Positions 20,043 through 28,167 of a stretch of DNA of 64,000 nucleotides are shown here, in pieces. Source of the stretch: Acidimicrobiia bacterium (GTDB taxonomy: Bacteria; Actinomycetota; Acidimicrobiia; Spongiisociales; UBA5794); contig DASWKR010000035.1 of assembly GCA_036396535.1 (NCBI GenBank), forward strand, positions 128,944 through 192,943. The letters run 5' to 3'. The notes under the pieces were generated by a model. It was not told the origin of the DNA and searched no databases. It saw nothing but the letters and a program-made list of their open reading frames with translations. Position 1 is the first letter of the stretch, and every line of letters starts with the position of its first letter. The position numbers and the translations under genes are program-made.

Positions 20043-20651
20043 TCAGATCTGGAGCAGGTAGACGACGGTGAAGATGACGATCCAGACGATGTCGACGAAG
20101 TGCCAGTAGAGCCCGATCAGCTCGACGTTGAGCCCTCGATCGGCGTACAGGCGCCCGCTCAGCGACAGGAAGAACATCGCCAGCAGGAGGATGACCCCGA
20201 TGGCGACATGGGCGCCGTGGAACCCGGTCAGCATGAAGAACGACGACCCGAACGGGCTCGTCGTCAGCGTGAGCCCTTCGTGGACGAACTCGGTGAACTC
20301 GAAGATCTGGCCCGCCAGGAAGGTGGACCCGAGTAGGGCGGTCCCCGCCAGCCAGATGCGCGCCTGGCGCATGTCGCGGCGCTCGAAGGCGTTGTGGGCC
20401 AGCACCATCGTCAGCGAGCTCATCAGCAGGATGAACGAGCTGGCCGACGTGAACGGCACGTTGAAGAGCTCCGCTCCCGGGCCCTCTCCCGTCGTGTTCC
20501 TATAGAGGAGGAACGTCGAGATCATCGCACCGAAGAACACGCACTCCGACCCGAGGAACACCCACATGGCGGTCTTGCGGATGGGATGGACGTCGTGGTG
20601 GTCGGCGTCGTGCGCCCCCGGCAGATGCTCGGCGGCCGACTGGGTCGACAT
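20043..20651 (-). CDS. ctaE: cytochrome c oxidase subunit III
   Basis: 202 aa from MSTQSAAEHL...; LTGFHGAHVAIGVILL and LYWHFVDIVWIVIFTVVYL are subunit III hallmarks. Its ATG overlaps the ctaD stop by 1 nt (tgATG). The track's 420-aa version is an upstream over-extension. Confidence 0.85.
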   Translation of the reverse strand: MSTQSAAEHLPGAHDADHHDVHPIRKTAMWVFLGSECVFFGAMISTFLLYRNTTGEGPGAELFNVPFTSASSFILLMSSLTMVLAHNAFERRDMRQARIWLAGTALLGSTFLAGQIFEFTEFVHEGLTLTTSPFGSSFFMLTGFHGAHVAIGVILLLAMFFLSLSGRLYADRGLNVELIGLYWHFVDIVWIVIFTVVYLLQI

Positions 20652-22537
20652 CAGTGCCCCGGCTCTTTGGCGACGGGCTGGAGCGACCACCCGAACAAGC
20701 CCCACACCGTGATCAGCGAACCGAGCCCGACTGCGATGAAGCCCCATGGGATGTAGACGAGCCCCGCTCCCGTGATGATCAGCCCGAAGGCCGAGAGCGC
20801 CGGGTAGTAGGACGGCGACGGCATGTGGATGGACCCGCGCTCGGCGCCGCCTCCCGTATCGACGGCGGCCTCCGCTCCCGAAACCGCCGGCATCGGCACC
20901 GCTCTCCCGTCTTCGTCCTCGGCGTACTTGCGGTGCCAGAAGTCGTCGAGGGAGTGCACGACCGGGATCTCGTCGAAGTTGTGGACCGGCGGCGGTGAGG
21001 AGATGGACCACTCGAGCGTCCTCCCGTCCCATGGGTCGTCCCCTGCGATCTCTCCCTTCTTGAGGAAGTGGCTCCTGACGATGTTCACGGCGAACACGAC
21101 GAACGCCACGAAGATCGTGAACGCCCCGATGGTGGCGATCAGGTTCCAGAAGTCCCAGCCGAGGCCTTCGCCGTACCGATAAGTGCGTCTCGGCATCCCG
21201 TTGAGGCCGAGGATGTGCATCGGCCCGAAGGTGAGATTGAAGCCGATGAGCATCAGCCAGAAGTGGACCTTGCCGAGCCGCTCGTCGAGCATGCGGCCGG
21301 TCCACTTCGGGAACCAGTAGTAGACGCCGGCCACGTACCCGAACACGGCCCCCCCGAACAGCACGTAGTGGAAATGGGCGACGACGTAGTACGTGTCGTG
21401 TTGTTGCGAGTCGGTGGGGACGATCGAATGGGTGACGCCGGACAATCCCCCGATGACGAACATCGCGATGAAGCCGAGCGCGAACAACATCGGCGTCGAG
21501 TACCGGATTCGTCCCCCGAGCGTCGTCCCGATCCAGTTGAAGATCTTCACGCCCGTCGGCACGGCGATGATCATGGTCGATATACCGAACCCGGCCTCGG
21601 CGATGGGGCCCATCCCGGAGGTGAACATGTGGTGCGACCAGACGCCGAACCCGATGAAGCCGATGGCGGCGCCGGAGAACACCACGAACGGATACCCGAA
21701 GAGCGGCTTGCGTGAGAAGACGGGCAAGACCTCGGAGACGATCCCCATCGCGGGGAGCACGAGCACGTAGACCTCCGGATGCCCGAAGATCCAGAACAGG
21801 TGCTGCCAGAGCAGAGGATCACCGCCGGCGGCTGCCTGGTAGAAAACCGCCCCGAAGTTGCGATCCAGGAACAACTGGAACAGCCCGATCCCGACGGCGG
21901 GCAATGAGAAGATGAGCAGGAACGCCACGACCAGGGACATCCACGCGAACACGGGCATGCGCAGCATGGTCATCCCGGGAGCCCGCATCGTGAATGCGGT
22001 CGCGATGAAGTTCGCAGACGCTGCGATCGAGGCGACACCGAGAAGCTGCAGCCCGACAGCCCAGAAGTCCATGCGCACGACCTCGGTGAGCTCCGTGGAC
22101 AGCGGCGCATACCCGACCCAAGCCCCGTCCGGCGCCCCTCCCAGCAGGAACGACGAGTAGATGAGGAGCCCGGCGAACAGGAACAGCCAGTAGGAGAAGG
22201 CGTTGAGGCGCGGGAAGGCGACGTCTCGGGCGCCGAGGAGGATCGGGAGGAAGTAGTTGGTGAAGGCCGCCGCGATCGGCATGATCACCAGGAACACCAT
22301 CGTCAGCCCGTGCATGGTGAACAGCTGGTTGTAGGCCTCCGCCGTGAGGATGCTCTGGTTCGGCCCGATCAGCTGGAGCCGGATCAGCAAGGCCTCGATG
22401 CCGGCGATGAAGAAGAAGACCCCGGCGGTGACCCCGTACAAGAGACCGATGCGTTTGTGGTCCACGGTCGTGATCCAGGCCCAGACCCCTTTCGGGCCCT
22501 GTGAGCCGAGCACGACCGCTTCGGTCGTCACCGCCAT
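20651..22537 (-). CDS. ctaD: cytochrome c oxidase subunit I, with an approximately 100-aa C-terminal extension (2 extra TM) resembling actinobacterial CtaF
   Basis: Canonical heme-copper oxidase subunit I motifs (WFFGHPEVYVLVLP; HHMFTSG; VAHFHYVLFGG). The extension SIHMPSPSYYPALSAFGLIITGAGLVYIPWGFIAVGLGSLITVWGLFGWSLQPVAKEPGH parallels the C-terminal half of mycobacterial CtaF (SPHSWWP...LPW...GPEKH). Confidence 0.9.
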   Translation of the reverse strand: MAVTTEAVVLGSQGPKGVWAWITTVDHKRIGLLYGVTAGVFFFIAGIEALLIRLQLIGPNQSILTAEAYNQLFTMHGLTMVFLVIMPIAAAFTNYFLPILLGARDVAFPRLNAFSYWLFLFAGLLIYSSFLLGGAPDGAWVGYAPLSTELTEVVRMDFWAVGLQLLGVASIAASANFIATAFTMRAPGMTMLRMPVFAWMSLVVAFLLIFSLPAVGIGLFQLFLDRNFGAVFYQAAAGGDPLLWQHLFWIFGHPEVYVLVLPAMGIVSEVLPVFSRKPLFGYPFVVFSGAAIGFIGFGVWSHHMFTSGMGPIAEAGFGISTMIIAVPTGVKIFNWIGTTLGGRIRYSTPMLFALGFIAMFVIGGLSGVTHSIVPTDSQQHDTYYVVAHFHYVLFGGAVFGYVAGVYYWFPKWTGRMLDERLGKVHFWLMLIGFNLTFGPMHILGLNGMPRRTYRYGEGLGWDFWNLIATIGAFTIFVAFVVFAVNIVRSHFLKKGEIAGDDPWDGRTLEWSISSPPPVHNFDEIPVVHSLDDFWHRKYAEDEDGRAVPMPAVSGAEAAVDTGGGAERGSIHMPSPSYYPALSAFGLIITGAGLVYIPWGFIAVGLGSLITVWGLFGWSLQPVAKEPGH

Positions 22538-22598
22538 GTGCAGATCACCTCCTCCTCATGGTATCGCCGGTCGAGACGGTTCAGGCCTCCGGTCTTCA

Positions 22599-23714
22599 TC
22601 AGTCCCAAGCTCGCAGGAGCGACACCAACGCGTCGATCTGCGCCTCGGTGAGGCCGTAGTCGGGCATTCCGAGTATCCGGCCGGATTCGAGGTCGTTGAA
22701 CTCGGGATGCATCGGCTTGATCGAGCTCGGGTCGTCGATCCACCGGCGCAGCTGCTCGTCGGTGTTCTCGAAGACCGCCCCGCCGAAGTAGCTGCGGCTC
22801 GAGAAGTGCGTGAGGTCGGGGGCCAGTCTCGCTCCCTGGATGCTGAGCAGGCCATCGGCGTCGACGACGGTGGCTTGGTGACACGTCGTGCACACCTGCG
22901 TGAACGTCTCGTAGCCCGCCGCGCCGAGCTCGTCCGCCGGGACGACGCCCGGTTCGAGCTGTTGAGCCACCCATTCCTCGTAGCCCGCCTGGTCGTCGAC
23001 GAACACCTTGACCCGCATGTCGGCATGGGCCAGCCCGCAGAACTCGGCGCACTGCCCGGGAATCGGCTCGCCGGGGGGGGTCGGCTCGTCGGCCTCGAGT
23101 GTCAGCGTGGTGATGCGACCCGGGACGACGTCGCGTTTTCCATTGAGGGGAGGCACCCAGAACGAGTGGATCACGTCAGCCGAGGTCATCGTGAGGTTCA
23201 CCACCGTGTCGACGGGGATGTGCAGCTCGTTGGCCGTGATGAGCGTCCTGCCGTCATCCGTCACCTCGTTCGGGTACTCGAACTCCCACCACCACTGGTG
23301 GCCCGTCACCGTGATCTGCAGGACGTCGTCGCCTTGCGGCACGGCCCGGACCTCGAAGAGCACCTGCAGCGTCGGCACGGCGAGCACCGCCAGCAGAACC
23401 GCAGGCAGGATGGTCCATGTGATCTCGAGGGCGGTGTTCCCGTGGACCTGCTTCGGCTCGCGCTCGTCCCCCTTGCGCTCCCGGTAACGGATCATCGAGT
23501 AGAGCATCCCCGCCATGACGATCGCGAACACGACGGTCGCCAGCACGAAGACGAGCTTCCACAGGTCGTCGATCTGGCGCGCCACCGGGCCCTGTGGCTC
23601 GAGCGACGACTGGGGACCGGAGCCGGAGCAGGCGGAGACGGCTGCGGCGAGGGCGGTGACTCCGAGGGCTGCCGAGCGGCGGCGAGGCGACCCGGTTGTC
23701 CTGTGCTCGCTCAA
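22599..23714 (-). CDS. ctaC: cytochrome c oxidase subunit II with fused C-terminal cytochrome c domain (caa3-type)
   Basis: Lipoprotein-like N-terminus (AAAVSACSG), two TM helices, CuA-site motifs (HSFWVP; CAEFCGLAHADM) and a C-terminal heme c motif CTTCH. Confidence 0.85.
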   Translation of the reverse strand: MSEHRTTGSPRRRSAALGVTALAAAVSACSGSGPQSSLEPQGPVARQIDDLWKLVFVLATVVFAIVMAGMLYSMIRYRERKGDEREPKQVHGNTALEITWTILPAVLLAVLAVPTLQVLFEVRAVPQGDDVLQITVTGHQWWWEFEYPNEVTDDGRTLITANELHIPVDTVVNLTMTSADVIHSFWVPPLNGKRDVVPGRITTLTLEADEPTPPGEPIPGQCAEFCGLAHADMRVKVFVDDQAGYEEWVAQQLEPGVVPADELGAAGYETFTQVCTTCHQATVVDADGLLSIQGARLAPDLTHFSSRSYFGGAVFENTDEQLRRWIDDPSSIKPMHPEFNDLESGRILGMPDYGLTEAQIDALVSLLRAWD

Positions 23715-23825
23715 ATCCTCTCCTGGCGCCGCGCTGAGCCGGCGGGAATCGTACCTATGGCCGTGACGTGAATGAAATCATCGCCCGCCGCCCTCCGCAG
23801 GCGGAAACGAAGCCCCCGCGGCCTG

Positions 23826-24725
23826 TCAGGGCGCCAGCAGGGCGGTGAGCTCCTCGGACGCCACGACACCCTCGAAGCGGCCGATGATCGTCCCCTGCTC
23901 GTCGGTCACGAAGATCCAAGGCTCGGATGGCAGGCCGAACGCCACAACCGAGGGCGCCAGAAAGCTCGGGTCGTCCGGGGAGAATGCCGCGTCGTCGAAC
24001 CCGGTGTACACCTCGACGTGGACGAAGTTCACGTCTGGGTGCTGCGGGGCGACGCCTTTCACGACCTCGAGCAGGGGGCCACACGCCTCGGTCCTGCAGA
24101 ACGCAGGAGTCGAGAACGTGATCACGCTCTTGCGACCCGACGCCAGCGCTTCATCGATCGACTGCTCGTACAGCCGATCGAGGGGCTCGGGATCCGTCGT
24201 CAACTCGTCGATCGGCAGGTCATCGAGCGTCGGGCTGGCGACGGACGGAGCCGTTGAGCCCAAAGCGGGTGCCTGGGTCTGTTCCCGCACTGTGAGCGCG
24301 GTCACCCCGGACGGCCCGGAGCTCGGGATCACAGTCACCGTCCAGGTGCCGACGACGTCGAAGTCGAACTCGGCCCGGTAGAGGCCGACCCCCGGGACGA
24401 TCGACGTGTAGATCCCTTCGGCGCGCTGCGTCGCATCCGAGTCTTGCTCGGGCGCCACCTCGATCGTGACCGGATCGCCCTCCGACCCGAGCCGCGAGTT
24501 GTCCGGGCCTACGACGCCGACCAGGACCCGGTAATGGCCGATCCCGACATCGGACGCCGCTTGGACCGGGAACCAGCCTTCCGGGAACGGCCCGCCGCCG
24601 GAGCCGCCACACGCCCCTGCGACGAGTGCGGTCGCCAGGAGGGCGCCGAGCATCGACCTCATACGGTGCACGGCTTGACGATAGGTGACCACCCGGGCGC
24701 CCTCCGCCGCCGGTGAGGTTCGCAC
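23826..24725 (-). CDS. lipoprotein with Ig/cupredoxin-like N-domain and thioredoxin-fold C-domain (Sco/TlpA-like; divergent C-x4-C)
   Basis: Lipobox LVAGACGG. C-terminal motif FSTPAFCRTEACGP resembles the Sco1/SenC F-x-T-x-x-C-P-x-x-CP motif with one extra residue. Lies next to ctaC. Confidence 0.4.
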   Translation of the reverse strand: MRTSPAAEGARVVTYRQAVHRMRSMLGALLATALVAGACGGSGGGPFPEGWFPVQAASDVGIGHYRVLVGVVGPDNSRLGSEGDPVTIEVAPEQDSDATQRAEGIYTSIVPGVGLYRAEFDFDVVGTWTVTVIPSSGPSGVTALTVREQTQAPALGSTAPSVASPTLDDLPIDELTTDPEPLDRLYEQSIDEALASGRKSVITFSTPAFCRTEACGPLLEVVKGVAPQHPDVNFVHVEVYTGFDDAAFSPDDPSFLAPSVVAFGLPSEPWIFVTDEQGTIIGRFEGVVASEELTALLAP

Positions 24726-24753
24726 GCCGGTCCGACCGATCCCAGCGACGGCG

Positions 24754-25944
24754 TCAGGTGTTGATCAGCTGATCGACTTCGTCCGTCGACCGGAAGGACC
24801 CGAGGACGTCCGTGATCGCCTCCCATAGCTCGACGACGGCCCAGAAGAGCACACGCAGGAGCACGAGGAGGATGACCACGGTGAGGGCGGCCCGTATCCA
24901 GTACAGCCAGTTCTTCGTCGGGTCGAACAGCAGGTGGAACGGGTTCGTCAGCCTGAAGTTCGGATCGGTGTCGGGTGTCTCTTCGACGGCGACGGCCGTC
25001 GAAGGGCTTCCGCTGGCGGCCGCGACGGCGCTGCCGGGGTGAGCGGCGGCGATCGGCGGTCCGATGGTCTCCGTGGGCAGGTCTGCGAGAGGGGTGTCGG
25101 CCGTCGCCGCCGACGCCGAGTGCACCACGATCTCGTCCGCCCCGGGGTACGGGGGGACCGTGTCGACCGCCGCCTCCACAGGTGGGGCGACGTCCTCCTC
25201 GTCGACCCTCGCCTCGGCGTCGTCAGCCAACGATGCCGGCTCTGCAGCGTCCTCGTCGGCCTCGGCTCCCTCAGCCTCGGCATGGCCGGCGTACGCCTGG
25301 ATCTCGGCGAGCTCGATCAGATCCAGGCCGTCGTGCAAATACTCGATGTCATCGGCTTCCGGGCCGGCCTCGCCGGCGTCGTCGGCTTCGATGGCCGACT
25401 CCGTGTCGACTTGCGCCTCAACCTCCGCCTCAACAGTCGACTCCGCGTCGGCATCCGCCTCGACATCGACCTCGGAGTCCGCCTGGGTATCCGGCTCAGG
25501 CTCACCGGCTTGCCCGGCCTCGGCCTCGACCTCCACTTCGGCCTCCACCTCGGCCGCCCCGGCGTCCGCCTCGGCAGCCGCGTCCGGGGCTGCCGGGGGC
25601 TCTGCCTCGACGGGCCCGAGCGCGGCAGGCTCGAGCGGCGCATCCTCGGACGGGGCATCCTCGGACGGGGCATCCTCCAGCGCGGCGGCCTCGAGGGCAG
25701 CCAGGCCGGACAGGTCGGAGCGATCGAGGGAGAGCGCCTCCGCCAGCGCTTCGAGCATGTCGCTCCCCGGTAATGCGGCGCTGCGCTCCCAAGAGCGCAC
25801 GGCGGCTGCGGTCTGCCCGAGCTTCGTCGCCAACTGGCCGAGCGAGAAGCCTCGGGCGAGCCGGCTCTCGCGAATGAGGTCACCGAGTGTCTGGGTGTCT
25901 TCCATGGGAGCCTGGGCAGGATATCCGAAGCGGCCGAGTATCAC
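24754..25944 (-). CDS. HTH (XRE/Cro-C1-type) protein with about 250-aa acidic Ala/Glu/Asp-rich low-complexity region and C-terminal TM segment
   Basis: HTH segment LGDLIRESRLARGFSLGQLATKLGQTAAAVRSWE. The long EAEVEVEAEAGQAGEPEPD-type repeats are also visible as DNA-level tandem repeats across roughly 25000-25700. C-terminal TM: WIRAALTVVILLVLLRVLFWAVV. The true start may be the ATG at 25905 (MEDTQTL...). Confidence 0.55.
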   Translation of the reverse strand: MILGRFGYPAQAPMEDTQTLGDLIRESRLARGFSLGQLATKLGQTAAAVRSWERSAALPGSDMLEALAEALSLDRSDLSGLAALEAAALEDAPSEDAPSEDAPLEPAALGPVEAEPPAAPDAAAEADAGAAEVEAEVEVEAEAGQAGEPEPDTQADSEVDVEADADAESTVEAEVEAQVDTESAIEADDAGEAGPEADDIEYLHDGLDLIELAEIQAYAGHAEAEGAEADEDAAEPASLADDAEARVDEEDVAPPVEAAVDTVPPYPGADEIVVHSASAATADTPLADLPTETIGPPIAAAHPGSAVAAASGSPSTAVAVEETPDTDPNFRLTNPFHLLFDPTKNWLYWIRAALTVVILLVLLRVLFWAVVELWEAITDVLGSFRSTDEVDQLINT

Positions 25945-25996
25945 GGGTCAGGCGCCCCGCGATGCGGAAGACTGCTCGCCGCTCTCCGCCCGGGCG

Positions 25997-26515
25997 TCAG
26001 TCGCGGAGGGTTCCGAGGATGTCCTTCATGAGCAAGACAAGATGGAGGTCGTCCGTCGGTGACCGCTCGAACTCGGGGATGAGATGGAGGTAGAAGTCGC
26101 GGGCCTGCGGTGTCTCGGCGTGAACCAGCAAGCCCCGGCATCCGATCTCGGTGCCGAGTTGCGCCGTCCGGCTGATGGCGTCGGCGAGGAGACCGGCGCC
26201 GAGCCCGCGGCCTTCGTGTTCGATCGACACCCCGAGGCGAGCCAGCAGCGCCACCGGGTGCGGATAGCGGCCGGCGCCTCTGCGAACTCGGGTCGGAGCG
26301 TCCTCGATGGAGATGCTGGCCATCGACCAGGCGTAGTAGGCCACCACCCCATCGCTGCCCGCCGGGGTGACGACGAGCACCTTGGCCGTGCCGGCGGCAT
26401 GCGCCTGGCGGGCGTGGTGACGCATCCACTCCGTGTGCCCGTTGGACCGGCACTCGAAGTCATCGACGACGTCATCGGCCTCGAGCATCCTCGGAGGTCG
26501 ATACGGTGGCGTCAC
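25997..26515 (-). CDS. GNAT-family N-acetyltransferase toxin (TacT/KacT-like, acetylating aminoacyl-tRNA)
   Basis: 172 aa. GNAT motif A region GRGLGAGLLADAISRTAQLGTEIGCRGLLVHA. Its ATG overlaps the stop of the upstream DUF1778 gene (ATGA), the classic TacA-TacT arrangement. Confidence 0.7.
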   Translation of the reverse strand: MTPPYRPPRMLEADDVVDDFECRSNGHTEWMRHHARQAHAAGTAKVLVVTPAGSDGVVAYYAWSMASISIEDAPTRVRRGAGRYPHPVALLARLGVSIEHEGRGLGAGLLADAISRTAQLGTEIGCRGLLVHAETPQARDFYLHLIPEFERSPTDDLHLVLLMKDILGTLRD

Positions 26516-26799
26516 TCGTCGGTGAACGGCGACGGCCGGGCCATCAGTTCACGGAGCCCGGCGAGGCTACGCGCCGGACGCCGGTTGATTACCTCCCACG
26601 CCTGCTGAGCCTCTGCTCCCAAGCTGAACTCGGTGCGATCGGCCAACACTCGCAGCGACGCGGTGGTCAGATTGGTGATGACGAACTCCGTGATATCGGT
26701 TCCCGACAACGCCACCGCCCGGTCGATCAGGGCACGTTCCTCGGGGGTCGTTCGCACTTCGAGACGCTCACTCCGTGTTCGCCTTGTTTCGGGCGCCAT
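26512..26799 (-). CDS. DUF1778 ribbon-helix-helix antitoxin (TacA-like)
   Basis: Start re-assigned to the ATG at 26797-26799 (MAPETRRTRSERLEVRTTPEERALIDRAVALSGTDITEFVI...), which has a perfect AAGGAG SD 4 nt upstream. The DUF1778 pattern (R...TpEe.alIdrAaa.sG.s.teFv...) fits. Confidence 0.7.
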   Translation of the reverse strand: MAPETRRTRSERLEVRTTPEERALIDRAVALSGTDITEFVITNLTTASLRVLADRTEFSLGAEAQQAWEVINRRPARSLAGLRELMARPSPFTDE

Positions 26800-26810
26800 A
26801 CTGCTCCTTG

Positions 26811-26830
26811 TGTACGGCCAATGTACGGCC
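26811..26830 (-). promoter_or_regulatory. candidate TacA operator: direct repeat GGCCGTACA-t-TGGCCGTACA (11-nt period) adjoining the SD
   Basis: Two 9-10-nt repeats read on the minus strand directly 5' of the AAGGAG SD of tacA. An 11-nt spacing puts both on the same helical face, as is typical for RHH antitoxin autoregulation. Confidence 0.35.
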
Positions 26831-27024
26831 ACTTACTCATCCTGTCGACGCCGACTCCTCCGAGTCGTCGACTGTCTGCGCCCCGGCTCACTTCCAGACA
26901 GCCGCCGAGCAACGAGCGCCGACGTGCCTGATTTTGCTCGAGTGATTCTCCCGCGCGCGCCCCTATCGCGCCCGGGCGCGCCCCGAAGGGCTCGGCGACT
27001 GCGACCCGATGGACGAACCGAGAA

Positions 27025-27119
27025 TGGCGGAGGCGGACGGGAATCGAACCCGCCAGGGGGCTCTCACCCCCTCTACGGTTTTGAAGACCGCGGGACCCAC
27101 CAGGCATCCTGACGCCTCC
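27025..27119 (-). tRNA. selC: tRNA-Sec (selC), anticodon UCA, 95 nt with long variable arm
   Basis: Minus-strand sequence GGAGGCGTCAGGATGCCTGGTGGGTCCCGCGGT-CTTCAAA-ACCGTAGAGGGGGTGAGAGCCCCCTGGCGGGTTCGATTCCCGTCCGCCTCCGCCA. Features: 7/8-bp acceptor stem, anticodon loop CU-UCA-AA identical to E. coli selC, long extra arm, T-loop TTCGATT, discriminator G plus CCA. Confidence 0.75.
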
Positions 27120-27226
27120 GGGTGGGAGCGTACCCGTGAGATTCGCCCTGTTCGGCGAGCTACTGGTACACCAGCCACATCCGCTAAGTTGATGGCGGCA
27201 GGGACCAACGACTGTGCCAGGGATTT

Positions 27227-27550
27227 GTGATGGCCGAAACGAAACTGATGGTGTGGATCGACCAGGATCTCTGCACGGGCGATGGGATCTGTGAAGAGAT
27301 CGCGCCCGATGTGTTCGTCGGTCGGGATGACGGCCTCTGGGTCGTCAAGGAGGAGGCCTCCCACTTCGGCACGACCATCGTGTTCGACGGTGTCGATGGC
27401 GATGGACACGGGCCGGAGGGGGCCCGCGGGGTCGCCAGAGTCCCCGATTCGCTCATCGACGTGGTGGTGGAGGCAGCCGAGGAATGCCCCGGCGAGTGCA
27501 TCATGATCGAGCCGTACTCGGCCGAGATCGTCGCCGGCCGGGGCGCCTGA
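27227..27550 (+). CDS. single-cluster ferredoxin (3Fe-4S/4Fe-4S, Fer4_13/15-like) with a long insertion
   Basis: WIDQDLCTGDGICEEIAPDVF ... EAAEECPGECI (the CxxGxC...CP pattern of actinobacterial single-cluster ferredoxins). Confidence 0.6.
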   Translation: MMAETKLMVWIDQDLCTGDGICEEIAPDVFVGRDDGLWVVKEEASHFGTTIVFDGVDGDGHGPEGARGVARVPDSLIDVVVEAAEECPGECIMIEPYSAEIVAGRGA

Positions 27551-27599
27551 CCGATACGCGTCCGGTCGCCCGGCACGTTTCGACTGAGCTCCCTCGACC

Positions 27600-28034
27600 T
27601 CAGCCGGTGATGTAGCTCTCGAGGTCTTGGATCATCGCTTGCTGCCACTCGATGATCGCCCGCACGACGTCGCCGATGGAGACCAGACCGACGACACGGC
27701 GTTCCTCATCCACGACCGGGAGGTGGCGGATCCTCTTGTCGGTCATCAGGTTCATGCATTCGCCGAGCGTGCTCGTCGACGTGACCGTCACCACGTCCGC
27801 CGTCATGATCTCCGAGACCGCCGTCTGCTTCGATCCCCGGTCGAGGAGGATCACCTTGCGGGCGTAGTCTCTCTCGGAGATGATCCCTGCCAGCAGATCA
27901 CCGTCCGTCACGACGAGTGCGCCGACCGCCTTCTCCGCCATCAGCTCGAGCGCTCGATAGACCGTGGCGCCGGGCTCGACCGTCCACACGGCGGAGCCTT
28001 TCGTCTCGAGCAGATGCGCAACCGTGCCCTGCAC
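27600..28034 (-). CDS. CBS domain pair protein
   Basis: 144 aa with two CBS repeats (ALVVTDGDLLAGIISERD; HLPVVDEERRVVGLVSIGDVV). Confidence 0.7.
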   Translation of the reverse strand: MQGTVAHLLETKGSAVWTVEPGATVYRALELMAEKAVGALVVTDGDLLAGIISERDYARKVILLDRGSKQTAVSEIMTADVVTVTSTSTLGECMNLMTDKRIRHLPVVDEERRVVGLVSIGDVVRAIIEWQQAMIQDLESYITG

Positions 28035-28167
28035 CGTCCCTCCCTTCTCGGCCTTCCCGACCCAAACCTACCAATCGGACCCGGCCTAGTTCGCAGGATC
28101 GACCATCGGGGTGAGGTCTCAGCCCATCACCGTGTCTCGTCGACTGCCGCGTCCGAGCCGAAGCCGC

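Noticed and set aside
20652-21305. 420-aa version of ctaE
   Set aside because: Subunit III homology starts at MSTQSAAEHL (ATG 20649-20651, overlapping the ctaD stop). Upstream residues are His/Arg/Pro-rich and overlap the ctaD coding sequence in another frame.
26800-26832. Longer TacA antitoxin start at 26832 (MAVHWPYTRSS...)
   Set aside because: An internal ATG at 26799 has a perfect AAGGAG SD at the optimal spacing. The extra 11 codons coincide exactly with the GGCCGTACA direct repeats, which make more sense as an operator than as coding sequence.
26833-27024. Searched for integrase, att-site duplication of the tRNA-Sec 3' end, or transposase near the TA/selC locus
   Set aside because: No recombinase ORF and no obvious repeat of the tRNA 3' segment within the window; the mobile-island interpretation remains unsupported.
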